From the NCBI GenBank assembly GCA_002310035.1, contig DBYC01000051.1, forward strand, positions 1-54,666: DNA of 54,666 nucleotides, in the 5' to 3' direction. Source of the DNA: a bacterium UBP6_UBA1196 (GTDB lineage: Bacteria; UBP6; UBA1177). The notes under the pieces were generated by a model. It was not told the origin of the DNA, did no database searches, and was given only the letters and a program-made list of their open reading frames with translations. Both the position numbers and the translations under genes were made by a program. This document shows, piece by piece, positions 38,402 through 46,966 of this stretch; positions within the stretch are counted from its first letter, which is position 1, and each line of letters starts with the position of its first letter.

Positions 38402-39238
38402 TTAATTTTCACTTTCTGAGATATCTTTTTCCTTCACCTTGAAAATGAGGTAAAGACCTATGATGAAAAGAATCGCTTCCATGATCTGCCCCATAGTGAC
38501 GAACTTGAATACAAGAGGCTCTTCACGGAAAAACTCTATCACGAAATTAAAAAATCCGTAGCCCGAAAGGACTGTTCCAGCAATGATGTTCTTCTTCACA
38601 TTCAACTTTTTCATGATCAGTATCGCGCAGAAAAGCAGAAACATCGAAACAATGATGTAAAGCGGCGCAGGATGCACAGGAAGGGATCCGACATAGCGCG
38701 ACGGAAGGAGCCTTCTTAAGTAGTGTTGCTTTGAAGCAATGCTCGCCGGCGGATATGTTATCGCAAAGATCCCGTCGTAAAGCCTGCCGAAGCAGCATCC
38801 TTCCAGGAGACAGTTTATCCTCGACAGGGCAGCGAACAGAGGAAACGGCCAAAGTATCGCGAATGTCAGTTTTTTCGCCTCTTTCCGGATGAAAACCGTC
38901 ACGAGAGTCAGGATCAAAAGGCCTCCAGTTATCGAAAAACCTTTGAACGCGGTGTTGAAAACATTTTTCAAAGTGGAAAAACTGTCAATCTTTCCGAGCA
39001 TTTTCCACGATGCCGAAAGAAACGGAAAAAGATTGCCCGAAACAATGATTATCAAAAGCGGTGCGAGCGCTGCTCCGGCAAGGGATATCAGCCCTGTTTT
39101 TATTAGGATCATTCTGTTTTTACGGATATTGGTGCTCCTTTTCACCATAAAAAACCAGATCAGGAGATCGAGCGCAAAAAGGAAAGGAGTGACATAGCGC
39201 GCCAGATTGACGACTCCTCCGGAAAGCCAGTTCAGCAT
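38402..39238 (-). CDS. lgt: Prolipoprotein diacylglyceryl transferase-like membrane protein
   Basis: 278 aa, polytopic. ..RINCLLEGCCFG.. resembles the GRIGCFLNGCCYG motif, and LPVHPAPLY resembles the HPTQLYE motif of Lgt. Divergent. Confidence 0.5.
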   Translation of the reverse strand: MLNWLSGGVVNLARYVTPFLFALDLLIWFFMVKRSTNIRKNRMILIKTGLISLAGAALAPLLIIIVSGNLFPFLSASWKMLGKIDSFSTLKNVFNTAFKGFSITGGLLILTLVTVFIRKEAKKLTFAILWPFPLFAALSRINCLLEGCCFGRLYDGIFAITYPPASIASKQHYLRRLLPSRYVGSLPVHPAPLYIIVSMFLLFCAILIMKKLNVKKNIIAGTVLSGYGFFNFVIEFFREEPLVFKFVTMGQIMEAILFIIGLYLIFKVKEKDISESEN

Positions 39239-39239
39239 T

Positions 39240-40001
39240 TTAAACCTCTATTTTCAGTCCGTCTACAGCCGGCATGACATTTTCCGGCAGCTTCCTCAAG
39301 GTCTCCGAGTAGTCGAAAGTGTGGTTCATGTGGGTGAGGTAGGCTCTTTCGGGTGCAAGATACTTTATCAGTCCGAGTATCTCCTCAAAACTGAAGTGCG
39401 TGGGGTGCTTTTTCTGGACAGTTGCCGAGATCGCAAGGACTTTTACATCTTTTGCCTTGTCGAGTTCCGCCGGTTCTATCGAATTTATATCGGCAAGAAG
39501 GGCAAAATCCTTGAAACGGAGACTTGTGACAACAGTCTCGCCGTGCTTGTGGCGTATCGGCATGATCGTCATGTTTTTGAACCTGACAGGATCCCTTTCG
39601 ACAAAGACCGGCTTCAGAAAAGGACGCGGCAGATATTCGTTCTCAAAAAAAAGATAAGGAAAACGCTGGGTAGCGATCTCAAAAGTCTCACGGCTCAAAA
39701 AAAACGGGAGAGGCTCTTCTTTTCTGAAGGAAGCCATCCTCATGTCGTCGATCCCTGCAAAATGGTCACTGTGCGCATGCGTCAGCCATCCTGCGTCGAC
39801 ATGCAGAACTCCCGATCTCAGAAGCTGCTGCCTTATTTCGTAGGGGAAATCTATCTGAAGGACTGTTTCATCTTCGATCAATGTCATCGAAAAGCGTGTG
39901 CGGCGGTTGCGTTCGTCGGTAAGCCTGCAAATATCGCAGTTGCAGAAAAGCTGCGGGACTCCGGTGGATGAGCCCGTTCCGTTGAAGATCACAGTCGTCA
40001 C
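39240..40001 (-). CDS. MBL-fold metallo-hydrolase (PhnP/GPMC-like)
   Basis: 253 aa with the THAHSDHFAG (HxHxDH) motif. Confidence 0.75.
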   Translation of the reverse strand: MTTVIFNGTGSSTGVPQLFCNCDICRLTDERNRRTRFSMTLIEDETVLQIDFPYEIRQQLLRSGVLHVDAGWLTHAHSDHFAGIDDMRMASFRKEEPLPFFLSRETFEIATQRFPYLFFENEYLPRPFLKPVFVERDPVRFKNMTIMPIRHKHGETVVTSLRFKDFALLADINSIEPAELDKAKDVKVLAISATVQKKHPTHFSFEEILGLIKYLAPERAYLTHMNHTFDYSETLRKLPENVMPAVDGLKIEV

Positions 40002-41248
40002 TTAAACATCCCTTTGACAACGCTCCAAAAAGAGCGTTTCTTGTTTATCTCTGTTTCCAAAGCTTCAATGAGTTTTTTCTGCGAGGCCACTTTGTCGCGG
40101 AGGCGCAGTATCTCTTTTTCAAGCCGGATCACTTTTTCATGGACAGTCTCGTTTTCCGGCACGTCGTAATAAGGCTCGTCATCCTGCGCCGGCTTCTTTT
40201 CCGCCGCGATATTTTCAGACAGTTCGGGAGTTTCTTCGACATCCGCGATCGGAAGCGTTTTGTCAAGATCGACGGATCCGTCGGCATCGTCAGCCGCTTC
40301 TTCAGGCTCAGCGTGATCTTCCGGCACCGAAGCCTCTTTCTCTGTCATGGCTTCATCCTCTGCATCATCCGCGGCGGCGGGCCCGGATGAGGAAAAAAGC
40401 CTTTTCTGCTCCTCAAGCTCCTCTAAAGTCAGGACAGCTACTTTTGTCGTTATCTTCGGGAAGGCGGCAAGCTGCCCGTCCTGCTTAAAAACGATGAGGA
40501 TCCTGGCGTAAGGGTTCTGCCTGAGGTAGTCTTCGGTCTCACGCTGGGAGATCTGCGAGAAGACCGTATATTGGTTCTTCACGCCGTCCTCTTCCATGAA
40601 GACCGTAAAAAACGGCTGCGGACAGTTCTTTTCGGTGTAATAAGTCCCGCTGATCTTGATATCCTGCGGGATCTCCTTTATGAGGATAGAAATGACATAT
40701 TCCCGCTGCTCCGTCATATACGCTACGGAACCGTACTGGTTCAGCTGCTCCTCTATCCTGATCTTCTGCGTGGAGGCCTTATGCTGTTTCGGCTCGAACG
40801 AATTGAGTCTCTGCAGCGCGGCTCTCGGATCGATGTTGTGAGAAAGACAGAACGCCTTGATCGACGACTTTTTGCGGCTGATATAGTGCTGTTTCGACGT
40901 CTCGACAAAGTTGACGGTGTTCTGATCGTCTATGGAAAAATCGGTGTTCCCCATGATGAAGAACATCAGTGTCGCCGACTGTCTGCTTAGAAAAAACGGA
41001 AGATAAGGGAATTCGCCGTCAAGTTTCCTGAACCAAGCTCTGAAAGGCTGGTCCTGCAATTTTCTGGAAAGGTCGAGCGGACGGGAAGTGCCGAATTTTA
41101 TCACGACTTTATCTTCATTGTCAGCTGAAAGCCCGCTGTCGAGCGCAAGTTTTTCAACAACTGCCTTCACCTGCGAAATATCGCCGCTCAAAATCTCCTG
41201 TTCCGTGATCTTGATCTCCATTTCCCGCTCCGTTTCATCCGCAAACAA
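39998..41248 (-). CDS. Hypothetical protein (acidic central region, C-terminal coiled coil)
   Basis: 416-aa ORF with a 4-nt overlap with the downstream MBL gene. No recognisable motif. Confidence 0.5.
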   Translation of the reverse strand: MFADETEREMEIKITEQEILSGDISQVKAVVEKLALDSGLSADNEDKVVIKFGTSRPLDLSRKLQDQPFRAWFRKLDGEFPYLPFFLSRQSATLMFFIMGNTDFSIDDQNTVNFVETSKQHYISRKKSSIKAFCLSHNIDPRAALQRLNSFEPKQHKASTQKIRIEEQLNQYGSVAYMTEQREYVISILIKEIPQDIKISGTYYTEKNCPQPFFTVFMEEDGVKNQYTVFSQISQRETEDYLRQNPYARILIVFKQDGQLAAFPKITTKVAVLTLEELEEQKRLFSSSGPAAADDAEDEAMTEKEASVPEDHAEPEEAADDADGSVDLDKTLPIADVEETPELSENIAAEKKPAQDDEPYYDVPENETVHEKVIRLEKEILRLRDKVASQKKLIEALETEINKKRSFWSVVKGMFK

Positions 41249-41313
41249 AAAAACACTTCTCCATTACCACAAAAGAGAGTGATTTTCCAGAGTTTTTAAG
41301 ATCTATTTTGAGT

Positions 41314-42807
41314 TTATTTTGCGCTTGTTCTGCTCTTGTGGCGGTTGTAGAGGAGCATCGCCGCGATCGAAAGAATGCCGAAAGACGAAAGGACTATCCA
41401 GATCTTCCAGGGAGAGTACGCATCCCAGAGAAGCTGGTTGGCCGCATACTTGTCGAGACCTGTAAGTTCTTGAAAATACGGAAAGAAATCGAAGGTGTCG
41501 ATATTCATTTTCGCGATGGTTTCAGGAAGAAGATTGTCCGGGTTCGCCGATTTGTAGTCGTCAACGACTTTTACAAGTGTCTCAAGCGGAACCTTTTTGA
41601 CATCAAGAAGATACTGTTTCGTTATCTGAAGTTTGTTCGCGAAAGCATCGTAAAGCGGCCCTGAAACGACGTTTCCGACGATCCAGCCTACCGCGAAAGG
41701 AATGTTTGAAAGCCCCATGTAAAGCGCTTTTTTGTCAGCCGGCGCGTTGACTCCGATGTATTCGCTGAATTTGGGCGAGCAGGTCATCTCGCCTAAACTG
41801 AAGAACGCGATGCAGATTGCAGTCACAACACCTGCCATCGTGATCCCGGCGCAGAAAAAGGCTATTGTTGTGAGGCATATTCCGGCCGTTATCGCCACAA
41901 GCCGCGGGAATTTGCCGGTGACGACGCTCCACGGAACGACGAAAAGGACGATGCAGAGCGAATTTATGTTGATGAACTGTTCCGCTTTTACGCTGCCGTT
42001 GTCGGTCATAAACGACGGAAGGATCTTCGCCAGTTCGCGGCTGTCAGTCCACTGGTCGATGAAATTGGGGTAAAGATCCCAAAGCTGCATGAACATGAGC
42101 CAGAAACCACTGAAAATAAGGAGGAATATCATAAAATCCTTGTCTTTGAGCGCGGTCCATGTGTCGTTGAGCGCGTCTTTTGCGGACTTCGTGGCTTTCA
42201 GTTTCTCGGGCTCCTTGAATAAGAAAGTTGCCGGAATGTAGTTGAAAGCCGTAACTGCCGCAGCCGCGTAGAAGACATAGCTCCATGTGTAGCCGTCGGT
42301 GTCGTTTCCGCGCAGAGTGCTCGCCATGAGAGGAGCAAGAAGACCTCCGATGTTTACGACCCAGTAGAAAATGCCGTAGCCGACCGAGCTGTTTTCCTCA
42401 GTTACCGAACTTGCGACCGTTCCCTGTATCGGCGGCTTGAAGATGGCTGTTCCCGTCCCGACCGCGATACCGGCAAGCATCATGCTCCAGAAACCCGCCG
42501 CGTTCGCCATCAGAATGTAGCCGAAAACATTGGTCGTAAAAGCGATGTAGAGACTTTTGCGGTAGCCTAAATAGTTGGCGAAAGAGCCGCTCAGCATCGG
42601 AATAAGGCTCTGACACGCCGCCCAGACACCGAAAATAAGCCCTTTCTCGGTGAAAGTGAGCCCGAGACCGTGTTTGTCGGCAGTCGCGATCATCCAAAGC
42701 GGAAGCACCGCCCTGACCGAGAAGAACGCGAGCCGCTCGAACATCTCCATGATGTTGGCGATCCAGAAATTCCTCTGAAATCCTGTGACTTGTGATTTGA
42801 AACTCAT
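41314..42807 (-). CDS. Proton-dependent oligopeptide transporter (POT/PTR2, MFS)
   Basis: 497 aa, multi-TM. The N-terminal FWIANIMEMFERLAFFSVRAVLPLWM matches the PTR2 ExxERFxYY-type signature. Confidence 0.8.
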   Translation of the reverse strand: MSFKSQVTGFQRNFWIANIMEMFERLAFFSVRAVLPLWMIATADKHGLGLTFTEKGLIFGVWAACQSLIPMLSGSFANYLGYRKSLYIAFTTNVFGYILMANAAGFWSMMLAGIAVGTGTAIFKPPIQGTVASSVTEENSSVGYGIFYWVVNIGGLLAPLMASTLRGNDTDGYTWSYVFYAAAAVTAFNYIPATFLFKEPEKLKATKSAKDALNDTWTALKDKDFMIFLLIFSGFWLMFMQLWDLYPNFIDQWTDSRELAKILPSFMTDNGSVKAEQFININSLCIVLFVVPWSVVTGKFPRLVAITAGICLTTIAFFCAGITMAGVVTAICIAFFSLGEMTCSPKFSEYIGVNAPADKKALYMGLSNIPFAVGWIVGNVVSGPLYDAFANKLQITKQYLLDVKKVPLETLVKVVDDYKSANPDNLLPETIAKMNIDTFDFFPYFQELTGLDKYAANQLLWDAYSPWKIWIVLSSFGILSIAAMLLYNRHKSRTSAK

Positions 42808-42837
42808 AGTCTGCTCCTTATCAAAAATATGTGATCT

Positions 42838-43692
42838 CTAAACCGTATCTACGAAATTTCTTTCGACTAAATTGAAAACGAGGATACCGCCGAAAAGCAG
42901 GATGAAAGTCGTCGCGATGCTGATCCCATATTCGGCAAAACTCGGCATTCCGGTTGAGAAAAATGCGTGTTTGAAACCTTCAAGAACAGGAACGACGGGG
43001 TTTAGCATATAAAGCGAGCGCCATTTTTCAGGCACCATCGAAAGGGGGTAGACAATGGGAGTCGCATACATCCAAAGCTGCACCGCAAAAGTGACTAAGT
43101 GCGCCATATCACGGTATTTTGTGGTAAGAGAAGTGACGATGAGTCCTACTCCGAGCCCGAGCATCGCCATCTGAAGGACAAAGAGCGGAACAGCGAGGAG
43201 CGCCCAGCTTGGGGAAACGGCGGAACCCGCGATCCAGTAGGCAAGCAGCATTATCAAAAAGAGCAGAAACTGGATCGAAAACTTCACAAGCGCCGAGATC
43301 ACTTGGGAAACCGGCAGCGCAAGCCTCGAAAAATAAACCTTTTTAAAAATATAGGCGTTGCTCACAAAAGTGTTCGAAGTCGAAGTGAGACATGACGAAA
43401 AGTAGTTCCAAAGAATGATCCCGTTCATGTAGAAAAGGATCTGCGGCACGCCGTCAGTCGGGATTTTCGCAATGTTTCCGAATACTAAGAGAAACATCAA
43501 AGTCGTGAATATCGGCTGGATGAAGAACCAGAGCGGCCCCAGGATCGTCTGCTTGTAGACTGAAGTTATGTCTCTTTTTACGAACGATGTTACCAGGTCG
43601 CGATACTGCCAAAGTTCGCGCAGATTCAGACGCAAAAGCTTGTCTTTCGGGGTTATCACCGTCGTCCAGTTTTCGTTTTTTGATCCGCTCAT
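42838..43692 (-). CDS. ABC-2 type transporter permease (Wzm/TagG/KpsM-like)
   Basis: 284 aa, ...LWQYRDLVTSFVKRDITSVYKQTILGPLWFFIQP... plus 6 TM segments. No cognate ATPase gene adjacent. Confidence 0.8.
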   Translation of the reverse strand: MSGSKNENWTTVITPKDKLLRLNLRELWQYRDLVTSFVKRDITSVYKQTILGPLWFFIQPIFTTLMFLLVFGNIAKIPTDGVPQILFYMNGIILWNYFSSCLTSTSNTFVSNAYIFKKVYFSRLALPVSQVISALVKFSIQFLLFLIMLLAYWIAGSAVSPSWALLAVPLFVLQMAMLGLGVGLIVTSLTTKYRDMAHLVTFAVQLWMYATPIVYPLSMVPEKWRSLYMLNPVVPVLEGFKHAFFSTGMPSFAEYGISIATTFILLFGGILVFNLVERNFVDTV

Positions 43693-43795
43693 TGGTCACC
43701 ATCAAAAAATCAAAAGCTGAAAAGTATATAAAATTCGCAGAGACGGGCAAATTTTTGGAGTGTTGAATGTAAAAACAGGGGAGGTGACGGAATTT

Positions 43796-44593
43796 TTAAA
43801 AATTTTTCAGAGAATCTTTTAAAGGTTCAAAAAAACGGGAAAGTTTTTTGCTCACAGTGGATTTATCGACATTGTATTTCTTAACGATTTCCTTAAAGTC
43901 TGGTTCGTAATCATGATCTGCGGAATAAGCATCCAAAAGTTCTTTGTTTATGAAAGTATAATTCATCAAAATTTCAGTATTGAAACCATACAACAGCAAG
44001 TTTTGAAGAGTGGCTTGATAAAGTCTGCGATAAACCTCTTCAATATTAAAATCCAGCTTTAGGAGTAAAACTGTAAGGATTTCGGAAAGCATCTGATCAG
44101 GATGCTTTTTCCACTCTTTTTGAATTTTCGGAATAAGTTTCTGCAGGTCTTCTTTGATAAGGCTTTTCCCCAGCGGATCAGTGTCACTGCTTTCTATAAG
44201 AGTATCTAGAATGGAAAATGTTCCGCCTTCTTCATTCGTCTTTTCGAGTCCTGTGGCATTTGCATGTTCCTTGGCCTCTTCGCCTTTTGCGGTGTTTATC
44301 GCATTGTTCAATGACTTGAAAAGGTATAAGTGAAACTCCTCTTTTGAACCGGAAAAGCTTTTCAGACAATCTATGACCACTTTGTGAACTTCATCGACAT
44401 ATTCGCAGTAAGTGGATTTTTTTATCTCTTTAACAGTCAGGTCTGAATCCTGGGATGCTCCTTTTGGTTTTAATACCGCCTGGATGATTTTCCATGTAAA
44501 GCCTTTTATCGCGGCGTCAATGTTTTCACCGCGATCAACAACTCTTTGATATTCTTCATAAAGTTTATTGATCATTTCAAAATTTTTTTCCAT
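43796..44593 (-). CDS. Sigma-70-like / HTH transcription-factor-like protein (uncharacterised)
   Basis: 265 aa. The N-terminal helical region ends in EEFHLYLFKSLNNAINTAK (region-2-like). The C-terminal IVKKYNVDKSTVSKKLSRFFEPLKDSL looks like a sigma region-4 HTH. The start lies 2 nt after the stop of the upstream CARF-like gene. Confidence 0.35.
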   Translation of the reverse strand: MEKNFEMINKLYEEYQRVVDRGENIDAAIKGFTWKIIQAVLKPKGASQDSDLTVKEIKKSTYCEYVDEVHKVVIDCLKSFSGSKEEFHLYLFKSLNNAINTAKGEEAKEHANATGLEKTNEEGGTFSILDTLIESSDTDPLGKSLIKEDLQKLIPKIQKEWKKHPDQMLSEILTVLLLKLDFNIEEVYRRLYQATLQNLLLYGFNTEILMNYTFINKELLDAYSADHDYEPDFKEIVKKYNVDKSTVSKKLSRFFEPLKDSLKNF

Positions 44594-44595
44594 GA

Positions 44596-45216
44596 TCAGT
44601 CCTCGAACAATGCTTCGATCGTCTTTATTGCACGTTCGCTGCTTGAAGTCTCGATCATGTTGGTAAAGTTCTGCATAAGATAGAGCGGAGTGATGTCATA
44701 GATCATTTGCGAGCCTTCTATGATCTCGTTGTTTTTGAATTCAACTTTGGAATAAACGATGTAACCGATGGAACAATCGAAAAATTTCTCTGCAAACTGA
44801 CACACTGTGAAAAGCAGAAATGCCAAAGGTTTCGGGCCGTAAGTAGTATCGGCATAGATTTCGGCATCATGCTCGAGTTCTTTGAGGATGGCCTTGAACA
44901 TAAACTGAAAATTTGTTTTCGACATATCGAACGCGCTCGGAAGTATTTTATAAGTGATTTTTGCTCCGACCTTGTTGAAATGATCGAGTTCTTCCTTAAA
45001 AAGTTTTGCGTTGTCGCTTCCTGCGTTTTCACCTCCTTTTGTCTCAAGAAGGAGGACTTTGACTTCATCATCGGCTTTAAGCGAGTTCGCAAGAGCAGCC
45101 GTCGCAGCAAACTGAATAGGTTCTTTAATTTCAAGCAAAGCGTTCCCGTCAACGGGATAAACGCATTTTTTTAAATTTCCTTTAAGCGGAAGTGTTACAA
45201 ATAAGATTTTTTTCAT
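44596..45216 (-). CDS. Minimal CARF-like (Csx/TM1812-type Rossmann-like) domain protein, not CRISPR-linked in this window
   Basis: 206 aa. KKILFVTLPLKGNLKKCVYPVDG (beta1 plus G..Y..Y pattern). VKVLLLETK. AD-TTYG-PKPLAFLL at aa 123-127 sits in the position of the CARF DxTHG motif. GYIVYSKVEF....MIYDITPLY resembles the YGAFE...P(I/V)xDL(T/S)P segment of Csx1/Csx2-type CARFs. GAGGTG RBS. Confidence 0.45.
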   Translation of the reverse strand: MKKILFVTLPLKGNLKKCVYPVDGNALLEIKEPIQFAATAALANSLKADDEVKVLLLETKGGENAGSDNAKLFKEELDHFNKVGAKITYKILPSAFDMSKTNFQFMFKAILKELEHDAEIYADTTYGPKPLAFLLFTVCQFAEKFFDCSIGYIVYSKVEFKNNEIIEGSQMIYDITPLYLMQNFTNMIETSSSERAIKTIEALFED

Positions 45217-45300
45217 TTTTTCACCTCAAATAGACAAATAAATCTGTCTGTTTTTATAAGTTTGTAAAATTTTCACAATAAAAGAACTGTTTACACTGTA

Positions 45301-45330
45301 TATAAGCTGCGAAAAACCGGAGAGTTGACA
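45301..45330 (-). promoter_or_regulatory. Island motif copy a (TATAAGC-N16-GTTGACA on +), 85 nt upstream of the CARF-like gene
   Basis: tataagctgcgaaaaaccggagagttgaca. Same length and end-blocks as the copies at 46937, 52138 and 54309. Confidence 0.6.
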
Positions 45331-45363
45331 AAAATTTTGTAAAAACTTCATAATCGCATGGTT

Positions 45364-46902
45364 TTATTGATGTTTTTCTTTGGCTTTGTCCATTTTCGCC
45401 AGCTCTAAAGTGAGATATATCAGGTATATCTGGATCGCAAAAGCGTGCTTTTCAAAGAAATCCTCTTCCTCGTTTTCAGAGCAGTATAGAAAACTCATGA
45501 ATTTTTTCAGATGATCAAACTCGTCTTTGTCTAGCACATCCTCGTTGTAGATGTTAGTTTTGCTGATTTCATCCGGATCTAGAGCGAGATTTTCGGTTTC
45601 TTCCTCAAAATTGAAAACTTTATGCCACAATTCTTCGTTGTTTGCCGCATTGATGTTCAGAGGATCCGTGATTTTTTTGAAATAATGATTCAGAATTATG
45701 ATAAGTTTTTCCGTATTTTCTTTCTGAGCAGGATCTTTTTTGAGTTCGCAGAGATATTTGTAAGAATCGAAAAAAGCCTGAAAGACCAACATTTTCCAAT
45801 TCAATATTTGTTCGTATTTGAGGGAATCCGTGTATTGATCACTATATTTGTCGAACAGTTTATATACGGCGACATTCGCACCTAAGTGCGTTATCCTGTT
45901 GCGTTCAGGATACAAAAACTTGTGATTCAGCGCGCTTCTATTCGTAAAGCGGTCGTCTTTGGTGGCTTGGATCGGCTTCCCCAATTTAAACGAAGGGCTT
46001 TTGTTTAACCATTCCATTTCTGATTCTTCAAAAAATTTGCAGGTTATTTCCCTGCGGAATTTTTCATTTCCGGCAAAAAACATCTGTGTAAAGTCCGGAT
46101 CCTTGAAACCGAAATCGAGTTCTTTGAGTTTTTCGAGGTTCGTAAGGACCTTTGTTATTTCTTCATGTGCTTCCGCCTGAGAATAATTCGATGTTTTTCT
46201 GTTCGGGAAGATCTTGAGGATAGATTCCTGATGTTCCCTTACAAAATTTATTACGTTGATGAGTTTTTCCCTCGGAACAGTTTCGTTTTCGGGCGGCATG
46301 AAATTCGCCAGAATGCGTAGAACGCCTTCATTCGCCTTGAAATAGTTCCCTTCGAATTTGGTAAAATCGATGTCGGTGAAGGGATCTTCTTTTAAAAAAC
46401 CGAGATCTTTATTGATTTTATTGAGTATTTCACTCTGTTTTTTAGGCAGATACCATGATTTTTCTTCTAAAGCCGAATCAAAAAGTTCCTTGATTTTCGA
46501 TTTCCGCTCTTCGGAAGCGAAAAATGTTCCGGCTTTGCAGATATCACGCAGCAGAAAGAAGAAAACTCCCTGCAAAAGCCGCATGTCTTCCTTAAAATTT
46601 TTTCTGCTGGTCTTTTTGATATTTTTAGGTCTGAATATCGACAAAACGGCCGAAGCCTTTTCCTCAATCGTTTCACCAGCTATGATTTTGCTTGTTGCGT
46701 CAAAAATATTCTGTTCCACAACAGCCTCAGGTGCATGAAAGATCTTTTTGAGGTGATCAATATTCAAACCTTTGAGTGAGCAGTAAAGATCGGAAACTTT
46801 GTCGGGATCATCGCTGAAGCTGCCGCGAAGAGCCTCTTTCTCCGCCGTGATTTCTGTAATTATCTTATCAAGTTCTTCTTTTGATCTCATGGCATTCTCC
46901 AT
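45364..46902 (-). CDS. Uncharacterised protein with an HEPN-like RNxxxH motif (candidate RNase effector)
   Basis: 512 aa (the alternative ATG at 46890 has the better GGAG RBS). ...NRSALNHKFLYPERNRITHLG... carries RNRITH at aa 334-339 (nt 45886-45903), preceded by a second Rx4H (RSALNH, aa 322-327). Otherwise predicted to be mostly helical. Confidence 0.4.
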   Translation of the reverse strand: MENAMRSKEELDKIITEITAEKEALRGSFSDDPDKVSDLYCSLKGLNIDHLKKIFHAPEAVVEQNIFDATSKIIAGETIEEKASAVLSIFRPKNIKKTSRKNFKEDMRLLQGVFFFLLRDICKAGTFFASEERKSKIKELFDSALEEKSWYLPKKQSEILNKINKDLGFLKEDPFTDIDFTKFEGNYFKANEGVLRILANFMPPENETVPREKLINVINFVREHQESILKIFPNRKTSNYSQAEAHEEITKVLTNLEKLKELDFGFKDPDFTQMFFAGNEKFRREITCKFFEESEMEWLNKSPSFKLGKPIQATKDDRFTNRSALNHKFLYPERNRITHLGANVAVYKLFDKYSDQYTDSLKYEQILNWKMLVFQAFFDSYKYLCELKKDPAQKENTEKLIIILNHYFKKITDPLNINAANNEELWHKVFNFEEETENLALDPDEISKTNIYNEDVLDKDEFDHLKKFMSFLYCSENEEEDFFEKHAFAIQIYLIYLTLELAKMDKAKEKHQ

Positions 46903-46936
46903 TCAAAACAGCAATCCAATGATTCTGCTGATAAGA

Positions 46937-46966
46937 TATAAGCGGTGGAAAAATGAGAAGTTGACA
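46937..46966 (-). promoter_or_regulatory. Island motif copy b, 35 nt upstream of the HEPN-motif gene and abutting the stop codon of the preceding gene
   Basis: tataagcggtggaaaaatgagaagttgaca. Confidence 0.6.

Noticed and set aside
36147-41282. Large antisense ORFs opposite adk, pgi, the MBL hydrolase and the 416-aa gene (36147-36641, 37551-38240, 39207-39971, 40571-40990).
   Set aside because: The opposite strands encode unambiguous conserved proteins (adk, pgi, the HxHxDH hydrolase). The antisense ORFs have no motifs.
45364-46902. Whether the 512-aa protein could be a small Cas13-like or Csm6-like fusion protein.
   Set aside because: It has only one HEPN-like region (two adjacent Rx4H motifs 12 aa apart, not two separate HEPN domains) and no CARF-like N-terminus. 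The CARF-like features are in the separate downstream ORF. It is therefore reported only as a HEPN-motif protein.
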